DNA from: Thermodesulfobacteriota bacterium
GTDB taxonomy: Bacteria; Desulfobacterota_D; UBA1144; Nemesobacterales; Nemesobacteraceae
NCBI GenBank assembly: GCA_965249045.1
Contig: OZ252213.1
Span: 9,329-73,328 of the forward strand
Direction: 5' to 3'
DNA length: 64,000 nt
The notes beneath the pieces are model-generated. The model had not been told where the DNA came from. It did not search any database and saw only the letters and a list, made by a program, of their open reading frames with translations. This document shows, one piece after another, positions 19,461-30,278 of the stretch. Position 1 is the first letter of the stretch. Each line of letters starts with the position of its first letter. Both the position numbers and the translations under genes were made by a program.

Positions 19461-20918
19461 TTGATCATGCCTACTGACAACAAGTTGGGCCAGCTTGCTC
19501 TTCCGAAAAAGCCAGCTGAAGTAATAAAGTTCATAAAAGATTACGAGATTGAGTTTGTCGATCTCAGGTTTCTTGATTTTATAGGGATGTGGCAGCACTT
19601 CACCATACCAGCGGATGAAGTGGACAAGTCGTTTTTTGAAAACGGCTTGGGTTTTGACGGTTCAAGCATCAGGGGCTGGCAGGCGATTAACGCAAGCGAC
19701 ATGCTCCTGATTCCGGATGCCACCACCTGCAAGCGCGATCCCTTTATGCAGGCCGAGACCCTTGCCGTAATATGTAATATCGAAGATCCTATAACGAGGG
19801 AACCTTATACTAGAGACCCAAGAAACATAGCGAGAAAAGCTATTTCTTTCATGCAGGGCACAAAGATTGCGGACACGGCCTTCTTTGGTCCTGAACTGGA
19901 ATTCTTCATTTTTGACGATGTCAGATATGATCAGAGTCCCAGCGCCGGATACTACTTCATAGATTCGGAGGAAGGCATCTGGAATTCCGGGGCTGATGAA
20001 CAGCCGAACCTCGGTCATAAACTCAGGCACAAAGAAGGCTATTTTCCCACGCCTCCTTCAGACAGCATGCACGACATACGTTCCGAAATGGTGAGCGTGC
20101 TTTTAAGCCTGGGTATTTCCATTGAAGCCCACCACCATGAGGTTGCGACAGCGGGACAGGCGGAAATTGACATGCGCTTTGCGCCCATGGTCCAGATGGG
20201 AGACAACATGAAATGGTACAAGTACGTGGTAAAGAACGTTGCCCGGGAACACGGGAAAACGGCCACTTTCATGCCAAAGCCCGTTTTTGACGACAACGGT
20301 TCCGGAATGCATGTTCACCAGTCCTTGTGGAAGAACGGAAAGCCTCTTTTCGCAGGAAAAGGGTATGCGGGACTAAGCAACTTGGCTATGCACTACGTGG
20401 GCGGGATACTGAAACACGCAAGGGCCATATGCGCATTCAGCAATCCTATAACGAATTCTTACAGGAGACTTGTTCCCGGGTTCGAAGCTCCCGTGAACCT
20501 TGCCTATTCGGCGAGAAACAGAAGCGCCGGGGTAAGAATTCCCATGTATTCGCCGAACCCCAAGTCAAAAAGAATTGAAGTCCGGTTCCCCGATCCCTCG
20601 TGTAACGGTTATCTGACGTTTTCCGCTATGCTGATGGCCGGACTCGACGGAATCGAAAACAAGATCAATCCGGGAGACCCGCTGGATAAGGATATCTACG
20701 CGTTGGGACTCGAAGAACTCAAAAACATTCCTTCCGTACCCGGTTCGCTTGAAGAGGCCGTCAAGGCTCTTGAAGACGATCATGAGTTTCTGCTCAAAGG
20801 AGGCGTGTTCACAGAAGATGTGATCGAGACATGGATTGACTACAAAACGGAAAACGAAATCAACCCGATCAGGCTGAGACCCGTACCGTACGAGTTCATG
20901 CTTTATTACGACGTATAA
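19461..20918 (+). CDS. glnA: Glutamine synthetase, type I
   Basis: GS-I motifs ...[16 protein letters not shown]..., ATP-binding region, 485 aa. Confidence 0.9.
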   Translation: MIMPTDNKLGQLALPKKPAEVIKFIKDYEIEFVDLRFLDFIGMWQHFTIPADEVDKSFFENGLGFDGSSIRGWQAINASDMLLIPDATTCKRDPFMQAETLAVICNIEDPITREPYTRDPRNIARKAISFMQGTKIADTAFFGPELEFFIFDDVRYDQSPSAGYYFIDSEEGIWNSGADEQPNLGHKLRHKEGYFPTPPSDSMHDIRSEMVSVLLSLGISIEAHHHEVATAGQAEIDMRFAPMVQMGDNMKWYKYVVKNVAREHGKTATFMPKPVFDDNGSGMHVHQSLWKNGKPLFAGKGYAGLSNLAMHYVGGILKHARAICAFSNPITNSYRRLVPGFEAPVNLAYSARNRSAGVRIPMYSPNPKSKRIEVRFPDPSCNGYLTFSAMLMAGLDGIENKINPGDPLDKDIYALGLEELKNIPSVPGSLEEAVKALEDDHEFLLKGGVFTEDVIETWIDYKTENEINPIRLRPVPYEFMLYYDV

Positions 20919-20943
20919 AGAAACAGAATCCGAAAACAGAAAA

Positions 20944-20975
20944 GGGCGCCTTTTTTAAGGCGCCCTTTTTTTTTG
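20944..20975 (+). terminator. Rho-independent terminator after glnA
   Basis: GGGCGCC (20944-20950) and GGCGCCC (20959-20965) form a 7-bp GC stem, followed by a T9 run. An A-run upstream could make it bidirectional. Confidence 0.7.
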
Positions 20976-21010
20976 CTTTTGACAAACCATATCATTTACG
21001 GAGTCGCGAC

Positions 21011-21411
21011 ATGAAACCGAAACTGGCAATTATCACCCTGGGAGTCACCGACATTGCGGTGGCAAAAAAGTTTTATGAGCAGGGAATGGGCTTGATACCC
21101 GAGAAAGAGTCATCTGATACAATCACCTTCTACGATATGAACGGCGTATTGCTGTCCCTTTATCCGAAAGACAAGCTGGCCGAAGATGTAACTGTCTCGG
21201 CGGGAGGAAGTGGGTTTTCCGGTGTGACAATCGCGCATAACGAGCCGAGCAAAGAAGAAGTGCACAAGGTGATAGAGGAGGCACGCAGTGCAGGTGCTAG
21301 ATTATAAAGGAACCGCAGGATGTGTTCTGGGGCGGTTACTCAGGGTATTTCGAGGATCCCGACGGCCATCTCTGGGAAATTGCCTACAACCCGTTTACCG
21401 ATTTGACATAA
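21011..21411 (+). pseudogene. VOC/glyoxalase-family gene interrupted by a frameshift near 21300-21308
   Basis: The 98-aa ORF ends ...AGARL* at 21307. The next frame continues as KEPQDVFWGGYSGYFEDPDGHLWEIAYNPF, the conserved VOC C-terminus. Together they give a normal ~133-aa protein, and the junction sits in an A/T-rich stretch (TTATAAAGG). Confidence 0.55.
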
Positions 21412-21528
21412 AGAAGTCACCCTTCTAGAAGAGGAGAACCAAAGAATATATTATTGCTCTAGTGCTGGTGCGTAGTAAAGCGACTCTGTCCGGTTCTCTG
21501 TTTTTCAAGCACTTCGCCGGTTAAAGCG

Positions 21529-21620
<92 letters not shown>

Positions 21621-21628
21621 TTCGGCTC

Positions 21629-22720
21629 TTATCTTTCTCTCCAAGACACCATGGTCGGATACGAATTCTTCTTTCTCAGGTTTTTACGTATAACGGCCCG
21701 AATCTCTCTTGACACGGGGATTCCACCCCCCACTATGCCGGTGGAAACAGCAGTATAGACATCGCTTTTCCCGCCCTTAAGAACCACCCCCGAGATACCG
21801 GAGCTTATATTCATACTGGAGTCCACTCCCTTTAAAATCTTCTTGGTTTCACTGGCAGATATAATCCTCTTGGTGCTCCTGCGCGTTATTACCTCGTCGG
21901 CCATTCTCCTAACAAGGCTGTCTTTTAGTTCCTGGGAATTGCTCTCCCTCTCGGTGACTGAGACTCCGGCAGCTTTAATGGTAGCCATTATCACCGTTTT
22001 TGAAGCGGTGCTGAAATTCACCTTCTTGTCGTTAGGATACACGGTCAGATAGTCCCTGACCTTGAAAAAGAAGTCCTTATCCATCCCCTGAATCATCCTA
22101 ATTTCCTCGACGCTGTCAAGCTGCCCATCCTTAATATAATAAGGGTTTTCAAGCTTCGCGTAATAGGCCGCAGCGGCACCATCTGGGTCCTGATCGTTTC
22201 CGGCCCCCCGCGCCGCCCCGTCAAGCCAGTTTACAAGGCTCGCCACGAAGAGATCGGCCTTCTCCGTCTCCACTCCGAGAAAGCGGAAAAGTTCATTTAG
22301 CTGCGTACGGACCTGAAAATCCACTCGGTTTGATTTCTGATCCACAAGCGCGTTAAGGTTGACTTTTGATCTCTCGTCTATGACCTCAAGGGATATGTTT
22401 CCGGATCCGATGGGAAAAGAACTGACGGAAAGTCTCCAGCCACCGGCGCCGTTCTGCGATTTTATTGCCTGCGCGAGCACTCCCTTGGGCACTGGAATTC
22501 CCTCAAGGGTTTTTTTTCTCAGGATTCCTCGCACGACTCTGACTCCTGATTTCGCGATATGCCTTGCCTGCACATCGCTTGAACTGTTGACGGAAATCTC
22601 GTAACTCACGCGGGTCGAGTATATGAAATCAATCACAATCGTGGACAGTATCGCAATCGTTATGACGACGATAACAAGTACTATTCCTCTCTGCGCTCCT
22701 TTTGAATCTGCTCTTTGCAT
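21629..22720 (-). CDS. gspK: Type II secretion system minor pseudopilin GspK
   Basis: N-terminal hydrophobic segment RGIVLVIVVITIAILSTIV, ~360 aa, last gene of the gsp operon. Confidence 0.7.
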   Translation of the reverse strand: MQRADSKGAQRGIVLVIVVITIAILSTIVIDFIYSTRVSYEISVNSSSDVQARHIAKSGVRVVRGILRKKTLEGIPVPKGVLAQAIKSQNGAGGWRLSVSSFPIGSGNISLEVIDERSKVNLNALVDQKSNRVDFQVRTQLNELFRFLGVETEKADLFVASLVNWLDGAARGAGNDQDPDGAAAAYYAKLENPYYIKDGQLDSVEEIRMIQGMDKDFFFKVRDYLTVYPNDKKVNFSTASKTVIMATIKAAGVSVTERESNSQELKDSLVRRMADEVITRRSTKRIISASETKKILKGVDSSMNISSGISGVVLKGGKSDVYTAVSTGIVGGGIPVSREIRAVIRKNLRKKNSYPTMVSWRER

Positions 22721-23392
22721 TCAGTCAGCCACCGGTATAGCAACAATCATGGAATGGATTTCCTCTTGACCCCCGTCTCCAACAAGAATAATCTGGACCT
22801 GAACGGCTTCGGGAAATCCTCGCATAACGGACGAATCCCACTCCCACACTTTTTGCCCGTTAGCCAAGCCTGGCGATCGTTCGGCAAGAAAATTCACCCG
22901 GAAACTAAGAACCCTCTCCGAAATCGGGTACGCGGCTCCGGCTTCATCGTTTCCGATCCAGTAATTATCCTTCCTCATAAGAGCAAACATATCCTCGTGC
23001 TCGCCTCTAAGTGGAACCACGTAGTAGGATATCTCGCTCTGGCCGGATTGAGTGGAATAATGCGTGGGGTCCTTCGCAAAAGAGGTAAAAACAATCCTGC
23101 TGTTCTCCCCCTCGAGCCTCCCTGTAAAATAGCGGTAGGCGGAAGAAGAAGTTCCGGAGTTGATACTACCTCTGGGAAATGCATTCACCAGGTCATGGCG
23201 CATCTTAAGCAGGATAGTGTTTGCCTCCTGGATCAGCTCGTTCTCCGTTTCTACCCTGCGTTTGGCGGTTATTAGCTGGGAAAAAGAACTATAGAGCATC
23301 GTAAGCACGATGACCGTTATACTAACGGAGATAAGAACCTCTATAAGTGTAAAACCGCTTTCATTACCCCGAATCGACGAAGTTGATTTCAT
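22721..23392 (-). CDS. gspJ: Type II secretion system minor pseudopilin GspJ
   Basis: Prepilin-type N-terminus GFTLIEVLISV, 223 aa. Confidence 0.7.
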   Translation of the reverse strand: MKSTSSIRGNESGFTLIEVLISVSITVIVLTMLYSSFSQLITAKRRVETENELIQEANTILLKMRHDLVNAFPRGSINSGTSSSAYRYFTGRLEGENSRIVFTSFAKDPTHYSTQSGQSEISYYVVPLRGEHEDMFALMRKDNYWIGNDEAGAAYPISERVLSFRVNFLAERSPGLANGQKVWEWDSSVMRGFPEAVQVQIILVGDGGQEEIHSMIVAIPVAD

Positions 23393-23738
23393 AGCTCTCC
23401 TCCCCGTCGTCCCAAGTTATAAGAACACTGACTATGTTCATTTTCGCTTCGAATTGCGGCAAATTGTAGGGAGCGACCACGATATGCCACTCAAAACCCG
23501 GATGATTATCAAACTTTCCGCTTCTTTCAGAATCCAAGGGGAGCCCCTCGGCGTCAATCCGGGAAGCTATCTCGTCAGCGAGGCTCGTGGCAATCAGATA
23601 GCTTGTGGACTTTGTGGCAAGATTGATATTATGGCCTACGATGCCAAGGATTGAGACCATCGCGAAGGAAAGCAACGCCACGGCGACCATGACTTCAAGC
23701 AACGTGAATCCGCAAACGCTTTTTTTCGAGACCTTCAT
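23364..23738 (-). CDS. gspI: Type II secretion system minor pseudopilin GspI
   Basis: Prepilin N-terminus CGFTLLEVMVAVALL, 124 aa. Confidence 0.7.
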   Translation of the reverse strand: MKVSKKSVCGFTLLEVMVAVALLSFAMVSILGIVGHNINLATKSTSYLIATSLADEIASRIDAEGLPLDSERSGKFDNHPGFEWHIVVAPYNLPQFEAKMNIVSVLITWDDGEESYEINFVDSG

Positions 23739-23750
23739 CCCGTTTTTTCC

Positions 23751-24284
23751 CTACTGCTCCGCTATACTCTGAAGCCGGTTGTTAAATTCGACGTACTTGT
23801 CAAAAACTTTCGTGGCTCCGGTGTAGGGGTTGGTGGAAAGCGTGAAAAAATTATCTTTACCAGTTCTCAGGTGAATAACCGCCGAGTCAACAATCCCCGT
23901 TGGCAGGAAAAGTATAAACGCGTCTCTTCCAGAACCGACTTTACCCTGGGTTCTCTCAGTCTGTATATCGCTGAAAGAAACTCCGCTTGGAAGCTTTTTG
24001 CGCCCGTGCCCGGAACCCTCTTCCGAGGTAAACTGGTTTCCCTGAAGAACCTCCACCCAGTATTCCCCGGCATCAATATCGAAAGAAAGCTTGTATATCC
24101 GTTTTTCAAAAACGGACTTGCTGTACAGGTATCTTATCGTCGTGACAAGTCCTCTTGAAGCGCTGCGCAGGCTCATGTCACCCGTTTTGAAAACCCGCGG
24201 CATCGCCACGGAGAAAAAAGCTCCGAGCAGAAAAACTACCACCATGATTTCAATTAAGGTAAAACCCGCGGATTTTCTTCTCAT
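23751..24284 (-). CDS. gspH: Type II secretion system minor pseudopilin GspH
   Basis: Prepilin N-terminus AGFTLIEIMVVVFLLG, 177 aa. Confidence 0.7.
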   Translation of the reverse strand: MRRKSAGFTLIEIMVVVFLLGAFFSVAMPRVFKTGDMSLRSASRGLVTTIRYLYSKSVFEKRIYKLSFDIDAGEYWVEVLQGNQFTSEEGSGHGRKKLPSGVSFSDIQTERTQGKVGSGRDAFILFLPTGIVDSAVIHLRTGKDNFFTLSTNPYTGATKVFDKYVEFNNRLQSIAEQ

Positions 24285-24700
24285 CTGTCTCTGCTGGACA
24301 GATCGTCATCTGAATTCCCTACACCGTCCGGGCCATTAGATCTTATATAGTACAATCCGTCCTCGGTCTGGTCAGCTCCGAAATATACAAACTCGTTTCC
24401 CCAAGGATCAAACGGCACGCTTGAAGACTCCAGATAGCGCCTCCATCTTCTGGCTTCCCTGCCCACCGTTACCGGGTCGATCAGAGCATGCAGCCCCTGC
24501 TGGGTTTCGGGATAAAAACCGTTATCAAACTTAAACAGCTGGAGCGCCTGCTCAAACTGCTTGATCTGAATCATAGCCTGTTTTTCCTTTGCTCTCTCCC
24601 CCTGACCTATCACATTCGTGCCCACTATGTAGGCAAGTCCCGCGATGATAAGTACGACCACCATAATTTCAATCAGAGTAAATCCCATCTGGGATCTCAT
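24281..24700 (-). CDS. gspG: Type II secretion system major pseudopilin GspG
   Basis: MGFTLIEIMVVVLIIAGLA... with family residues later in the sequence (...QGLHALI..., ...DPWGNEFVY...). Confidence 0.85.
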   Translation of the reverse strand: MRSQMGFTLIEIMVVVLIIAGLAYIVGTNVIGQGERAKEKQAMIQIKQFEQALQLFKFDNGFYPETQQGLHALIDPVTVGREARRWRRYLESSSVPFDPWGNEFVYFGADQTEDGLYYIRSNGPDGVGNSDDDLSSRDR

Positions 24701-24717
24701 TTTTGTTACCTCCCTGC

Positions 24718-25926
24718 TCAGCTTATTACCGAAGTTAAATTCAATACGGGTAAAAGTATAGCGAAAACTATAAAACCCATCACGACGCCCATAATCAGTA
24801 TCATTACCGGTTCAAGAAGAGAAGTCAGCGTGGAAAGCATGCCGTCAACTTCAGTGTCGTACATATCGGCCACTTTCGAGAGCATGTCTTCAATTTTGCC
24901 GACTTCCTCACCCACAGATACCATTCTTACCACAAGAGGCGGGAAAATCCCGGTCTGCCCAAGACAGTCTCCAAACGCCGAGCCTTCCGCCACCTTGACT
25001 TGGACATCCCTGATATTTTCAACGTAAAGACTGTTTCCAAGAACCGATTCGCTCACCTTAATCGAGTCAAGAAGAGGAATACCGCTTGAAAGCAGTGTGG
25101 CAAGCGTCCTTGTAAAACGGGAGATCATCACTTTTGAAGACATTTTCCCGAACACAGGAATCCGAAGGGATAATCTGTCGTAGATCTTTCTTCCAGAAGG
25201 GGTTTTTACGTACCTGTGCGCGAAAAAGAATACGACGGCCGTAAAAACCAGCATCAGGGCGAAATTCTCCCTGAGAAAATCGCTTGCGCCTATAAGCACT
25301 ACCGTAACAAATGGCAAAGCCTTATTGCTGGCCTCGAATATATCGGCGACTTTGGGAATTACGAAAGTCATCATGAAGACAAGCACCCCCATCCCGACGA
25401 CAAACATTATCGCCGGATATACCATGGCGCCTCTGATCTTCGAAGTGAGTTCCAGTTGTTTTTCAAGAAAATCCGCGAGACGGTCGAGTACAACGTCAAG
25501 AGTGCCGCTTGCCTCGCCCGCGCGGACCATACTCACGTAAAGGTCGGAAAAAACGCTTTTGTGCTCCTCGAGTGCGGCGTGAAGAGAACTGCCTTCACTC
25601 AGTCGGTTTCTGACCTCGGAGAGAATCTCTTTCAGCTTCTGGTCATCGGTCTGCTCGTAGAGAGCCACAAGCGACGTCTCAAGAGGAAGACCGGCAGAAA
25701 TCAACGTGGAGAACTGCCTTGTCATAACGGCAAGTTCCGAGATGCTCACCCCGCTCCACGGAAGGCTTCTCGACGAGCGACGAGCCCCGGTAGACTCCTT
25801 TATGGAAGAAAGATAGACACCGCCTTTTCTGAGCTTGTCGCCTGCGGTCTTGACCGATTCTGCGCTGATAACCCCACTTACCGATTCGCCCTTGTCGTTA
25901 ATGGCTTTGTAGTTGTAAACAGGCAT
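24718..25926 (-). CDS. gspF: Type II secretion system inner-membrane platform protein GspF
   Basis: 402 aa, two T2SSF repeats, three TM segments. Confidence 0.9.
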   Translation of the reverse strand: MPVYNYKAINDKGESVSGVISAESVKTAGDKLRKGGVYLSSIKESTGARRSSRSLPWSGVSISELAVMTRQFSTLISAGLPLETSLVALYEQTDDQKLKEILSEVRNRLSEGSSLHAALEEHKSVFSDLYVSMVRAGEASGTLDVVLDRLADFLEKQLELTSKIRGAMVYPAIMFVVGMGVLVFMMTFVIPKVADIFEASNKALPFVTVVLIGASDFLRENFALMLVFTAVVFFFAHRYVKTPSGRKIYDRLSLRIPVFGKMSSKVMISRFTRTLATLLSSGIPLLDSIKVSESVLGNSLYVENIRDVQVKVAEGSAFGDCLGQTGIFPPLVVRMVSVGEEVGKIEDMLSKVADMYDTEVDGMLSTLTSLLEPVMILIMGVVMGFIVFAILLPVLNLTSVIS

Positions 25927-25958
25927 TTTGAAATACCGATGCTAAAGATAACCCCGGG

Positions 25959-27641
25959 CTAGCTCTCCGCCAGTACCTCTTCCGTAACCCTGAGAACCTC
26001 GTCAATTGACGTTATACCTTTCGCGACTTTGTCAGCACCATCCATTCTCAGGGTGACAAGTCCGTTTCTCAGAGCCTTTTCCTTAAGGGTGACCGAATCC
26101 GGATTTATGAGAACAGCGTTTTTAAGCTCGTCATCAATCAGCAGAATCTCAAAAATTGCTATTCTTCCAGAAAACCCCGTCTCCATGCACTCATGGCACC
26201 CTCTAGCCCTGTAGATTTTTCCTTCGGGACAGAACTCGCGCGCAAGCCCGATACGGGTAAGTTCTTCGTCAAGCGGCACGTACTGTTCTTTGCACTGCGT
26301 GCATAGAATCCTGACAAGTCTCTGGGCTACTACCGCCGAGAGGGTCGAAGCTATAAGAAAAGACTCCACTCCCATATCGGCAAGCCTGGTCACGGCACTT
26401 ACCGAATCATTGGTATGCAATGTGGAAAATACGAGGTGTCCCGTGAGCGAAGCGTTCATGGAAATATCGGCGGTTTCCCTGTCCCTTATTTCCCCCACAA
26501 GTATAACGTCAGGGTCCTGTCTCAGTATTGAGCGAAGTCCGTTTGCAAACGTAAGACCCACCTTGGTGTTAACCTGGATCTGGTTGATTCCCTGTATCTG
26601 ATATTCAACCGGATCTTCTATGGTAATTATCTTCTTGTCGGGAAGATTGATCCTCTGCAGGGCGGCATAAAGACTCGTCGTCTTGCCGCTTCCCGTGGGT
26701 CCCGTAACGAGTATTATTCCGTGGGGACGCCTGGCAAGGGATTCCAGAAGTTCAAGTTTTTTTCCTTCAAGACCAAGCTGTTCAAAGCTCATTAGCACTG
26801 AAGACCTGTAAAGCAGCCGCATTACCACGCTCTCTCCCCATGAAGTGGGAACGGTCGAAACCCTTACGTCAATATCCCTTCCTCCAATCTTCAGCCTTAT
26901 GCTTCCGTCCTGGGGCTTCCTTCTCTCCGCTATGTCAAGTTCAGACATGATCTTCACGCGCGAGATCACCGAAGACTGCACTGTTTTCGGAACTTTAGTC
27001 ACGTCGTGCAGAATGCCGTCCTTTCTGAATCGGACCAGCACTTCTTTTTCAAAGCACTCTATATGAATATCGCTGGCGTGCTCCCTTACGGCCTGAAAAA
27101 GAAGCGTGTTTATGAATTTTATGATCGGGGCTTCATCTTCGGCCTCAATCAGATCCTGGGGTTCGGTAAACTCCATGTCGGAGAGTCCCGAACCGTCGTT
27201 TATATCTCCTGATGCAACGTCTTTGCCCTGTTCGTAAACCCTGTTAATGCTGTCGTTCAGTACGCGCTCAAGAGTAATATAAGTTTCAAGTGAGCAGTTA
27301 AAGCGGGATCGAACTTCGTCAAGGGCATAGAGCTCCTGGGGCGGGGCGAACACAACTTTGAGTGTTCCGTTGTCTTTGTTTATGGGAAGTATTCTGAATT
27401 TTTTAGCGAAACTGATCGGAAACTGCTTTATCAGTTCATAATCTATATCGTCTTCCGGAATTGATTCGATTTTCTCGATTCCGTAGAATTCGGAAAGGAC
27501 GTCAAGGGCCGGGGAATCTTTGAGTATGTCCGTTTTGAGCAGTATGTCTTCGGTGTTCTGGGCGTTTTTCCCTTTTAGCTCTTCAATTCTCCCCATCACT
27601 TCGGGGTAACGCCTGCTTATTATTTCATCCAGGGCCTTCAT
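25959..27641 (-). CDS. gspE: Type II secretion system ATPase GspE
   Basis: N-terminal GspE_N domain, Walker [10 protein letters not shown], His box, tetracysteine motif CTQC...CHEC. Confidence 0.9.
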   Translation of the reverse strand: MKALDEIISRRYPEVMGRIEELKGKNAQNTEDILLKTDILKDSPALDVLSEFYGIEKIESIPEDDIDYELIKQFPISFAKKFRILPINKDNGTLKVVFAPPQELYALDEVRSRFNCSLETYITLERVLNDSINRVYEQGKDVASGDINDGSGLSDMEFTEPQDLIEAEDEAPIIKFINTLLFQAVREHASDIHIECFEKEVLVRFRKDGILHDVTKVPKTVQSSVISRVKIMSELDIAERRKPQDGSIRLKIGGRDIDVRVSTVPTSWGESVVMRLLYRSSVLMSFEQLGLEGKKLELLESLARRPHGIILVTGPTGSGKTTSLYAALQRINLPDKKIITIEDPVEYQIQGINQIQVNTKVGLTFANGLRSILRQDPDVILVGEIRDRETADISMNASLTGHLVFSTLHTNDSVSAVTRLADMGVESFLIASTLSAVVAQRLVRILCTQCKEQYVPLDEELTRIGLAREFCPEGKIYRARGCHECMETGFSGRIAIFEILLIDDELKNAVLINPDSVTLKEKALRNGLVTLRMDGADKVAKGITSIDEVLRVTEEVLAES

Positions 27642-27656
27642 TTTCTTAGAACTTCC

Positions 27657-30236
27657 CTACTCAAGCGTATTCAGATCCCTTTTGTGAAGCAAGGTCTTTC
27701 TTCTCTGGTAATCCATAAGCAGCTGCTTCATATCGCTTTCCGTCTCAACTATCCGCGGGGTAAGAAGTATCATCAGGTTAAGCTTCCTGCTCTGAGTGCG
27801 TTTGAACCTGAAGAGGTTTCCAATCAGCGGGATATCTCCAAGTAAAGGGGTCTTGTTGTGAAGCACCTCTTCTCTGTCCTGAACCAGCCCGCCTATAACA
27901 AGGGTCTGTCCGTTTTTGACTATAACCGATGAGCTGGCGCTTCTCGTCGTGGTTGCGATACCGAACTGGGCGGTATTAAGTCCCGAGGGCGCCTCCCGTG
28001 TGGAGGAAACTTCGGTAACTATGTCAAGGTTAAGGTATTCGCCTTCGCTTATCTGGGGTGTGATGCTGAGCCTTATTCCCACCGGCAGCCTCTCGATCGT
28101 CTGAACCGTCACGCCGCTTGTACCCACGGTGCTGCCCATCGGAAACGGTATTATGTCAGCAACCACTATCTCAGCCGGTTCGTTGTCGGTAGTGATAATG
28201 CTCGGGGTTGAGAGAACGTTGACGTCGGTCACGGAATTTAAAGCCTGGAACACCGCGGAGAACGAAGGAAGAGCCGGAAGGGGACCCGAACCGTCGGCAT
28301 CGATTTCCTCTCCCACAACGCCGAGAAAAAGTCCCGAGAGACTGCCTATGGCTGTCGCCGCGGTCGCGGGGTTGGCCGCGACTCCGAGAAGGCTCGGGAT
28401 GCCCGGCAGCTGCTGTCCGATAAAACCAAGGTTGTCGCCCTCGATTCTGAGACCGAGGCCGAAGTTGGTTCCCAGCGCACGCAGGTTGTCAAGACCCACC
28501 TCAAGTATGGCGGCCTCAACGAATACCTGTCTTCTTCTTACGTCAAGTTTGTCCACTATCTGCTTAACCATTCTGTACTGCGTGAGGGAACCGACCACTA
28601 TAATAGAGTTTGTCGCGGGATCCGAGGTTATCTTCAATCCATCGGAGGAAGATACGACTACGGAACTGCCGGTCTGTTGACTCCCTCCTCTTCCTATGTT
28701 CCGGCCTTGTGAGCCGAGACCGCCGACATCTCCGCGATTACTCAGGTTGCCCTCCCCGAGACGGTTTGAAGACTGGCTTGTTCTGCCGGATTGTCGCGTA
28801 TTATCGCGGTAGGAAGCAGAAGAGACAGAACTCCCTTTTCCCTCCGTGAACAGATTCCCGAGAACCTCGATTATCTGCTCGGCGTCGGCGTTTCTAACCG
28901 ATATAACATAGACATCCTGTTCGGCGTGTTCGCTTTTGATGTCCAAAACGGCGATCGTCTCCTTTATCAGGGGAAGGTCCCTCGGATCGGCAATCACTAT
29001 TATGGAATTTGTCCGCTCGTCGTTTATCACTTTAAAGCCCAGAAGCTCCGAGCTTCCAGATACGAATCCGTCGTTTTTACCTTTTGACGATTTGGTTTTG
29101 GCGCTTTGAGGGCTGAAGATCTCAAGCAGCTTGAAAATGACGTTGGCCGAACTTGTGTTATTCACCCTTACAAATTCTATTTTTTTATCATAATCAAGAC
29201 TCGCCACCACTTCCGCTATCCTGTTCACGTTATCTTCATTGTCAATTATGACCAGAGTGTTTGCCGGTGCGTAAGCCTTCATAAACCCTTCCTTGCTCAC
29301 GAGGCTTCTAAGAACGTTGGAGATCCCCTTGGCTTTTACGCTTTTAAGCTTTATCAGCTTCATCACGTATTTCTGGGAAGACTCTCCAAGGTCAAAATCC
29401 GACCTCAGCGGTATGCTCTCCGACTTTATCCCCTTTTTCGGAACGATCTTGTTGACTCCGTTTGCGCTTACAACCGAATAACCGTTCATATCAAGCAGTA
29501 TTTCAAAGATCCTAAACGCGTTCTCCCTCTCGAAACCACCCTGGGGAGTGATGATCGTCACGTTCTTGTCCCTGATCTTGTCACTTAGGAGATAAACCTC
29601 GGAGGTTATCTCACTTATGGTCTTCACCATTTCCTTAAGCGTCATGTTGGCGCGAAGGTTGACCATTCCCTGGTCTTCGAGAATTTCCTCGCCATCTTCT
29701 CCGACAGTATCATCACCGGAACCCCCGGCGATCTCCTCAGGTTCAGCTTTAGCGGTCTTCTCAGTTGAGTCCTCGGCGACCGCGGGCGACACCTCTTCAG
29801 GCTTCTGCGCTTCAGGCTCCGGGGCTTCCTGCGGTTCGGGCCCCGGCTCGGCTACAACTCCCGGCTGAGCCAAATCGATCGGGAGGCCGGGGTCTTCGAC
29901 GAAATCCTCAGCGACCTCGTTGCCGGAGACTTTAACCGCATCTTTGCCGAAGGGTCTTGTAACTTTTCTACCAGGATTCTTTGCGGCTTCCTCGGCTAAC
30001 GCCTTTGCGGCTTCTCTGACAATATCAGCAGGTTTCGGAGGCAAATCTTTTATGGACCCATTCTGCCCTTGCGCTTCCTGCTGTCCGGAACTCGGAGCGA
30101 CAACAGCCTTTAACGTCCTAGGATCCGGCGGCTCGGGGTTCTCGCCGGAAGCCGGCTGCGGACAGACTATCGAAGCGGAAAAAACGAGAACCGCCGACAG
30201 AACCAAAAAAAGATTTTTATCAAGAAAAGATCTCAT
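27657..30236 (-). CDS. gspD: Type II secretion system secretin GspD, with long acidic Pro/Glu-rich N-terminal extension
   Basis: Signal peptide, about 170 aa of low-complexity E/P/A-rich sequence, N-domains, a Ser/Gly-rich linker, and a C-terminal secretin domain (...VIGGLVQD...TPLLGDIPLIGNLFR...). Confidence 0.9.
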   Translation of the reverse strand: MRSFLDKNLFLVLSAVLVFSASIVCPQPASGENPEPPDPRTLKAVVAPSSGQQEAQGQNGSIKDLPPKPADIVREAAKALAEEAAKNPGRKVTRPFGKDAVKVSGNEVAEDFVEDPGLPIDLAQPGVVAEPGPEPQEAPEPEAQKPEEVSPAVAEDSTEKTAKAEPEEIAGGSGDDTVGEDGEEILEDQGMVNLRANMTLKEMVKTISEITSEVYLLSDKIRDKNVTIITPQGGFERENAFRIFEILLDMNGYSVVSANGVNKIVPKKGIKSESIPLRSDFDLGESSQKYVMKLIKLKSVKAKGISNVLRSLVSKEGFMKAYAPANTLVIIDNEDNVNRIAEVVASLDYDKKIEFVRVNNTSSANVIFKLLEIFSPQSAKTKSSKGKNDGFVSGSSELLGFKVINDERTNSIIVIADPRDLPLIKETIAVLDIKSEHAEQDVYVISVRNADAEQIIEVLGNLFTEGKGSSVSSASYRDNTRQSGRTSQSSNRLGEGNLSNRGDVGGLGSQGRNIGRGGSQQTGSSVVVSSSDGLKITSDPATNSIIVVGSLTQYRMVKQIVDKLDVRRRQVFVEAAILEVGLDNLRALGTNFGLGLRIEGDNLGFIGQQLPGIPSLLGVAANPATAATAIGSLSGLFLGVVGEEIDADGSGPLPALPSFSAVFQALNSVTDVNVLSTPSIITTDNEPAEIVVADIIPFPMGSTVGTSGVTVQTIERLPVGIRLSITPQISEGEYLNLDIVTEVSSTREAPSGLNTAQFGIATTTRSASSSVIVKNGQTLVIGGLVQDREEVLHNKTPLLGDIPLIGNLFRFKRTQSRKLNLMILLTPRIVETESDMKQLLMDYQRRKTLLHKRDLNTLE

Positions 30237-30278
30237 AACCTGTTTTAATCTTAAGAAACTGAATTTCTCACCGTGGGC

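Noticed and set aside
28129-29588. 183-aa and 160-aa plus-strand ORFs inside gspD
   Set aside because: Antisense to a confidently identified secretin gene, with no RBS or domain.
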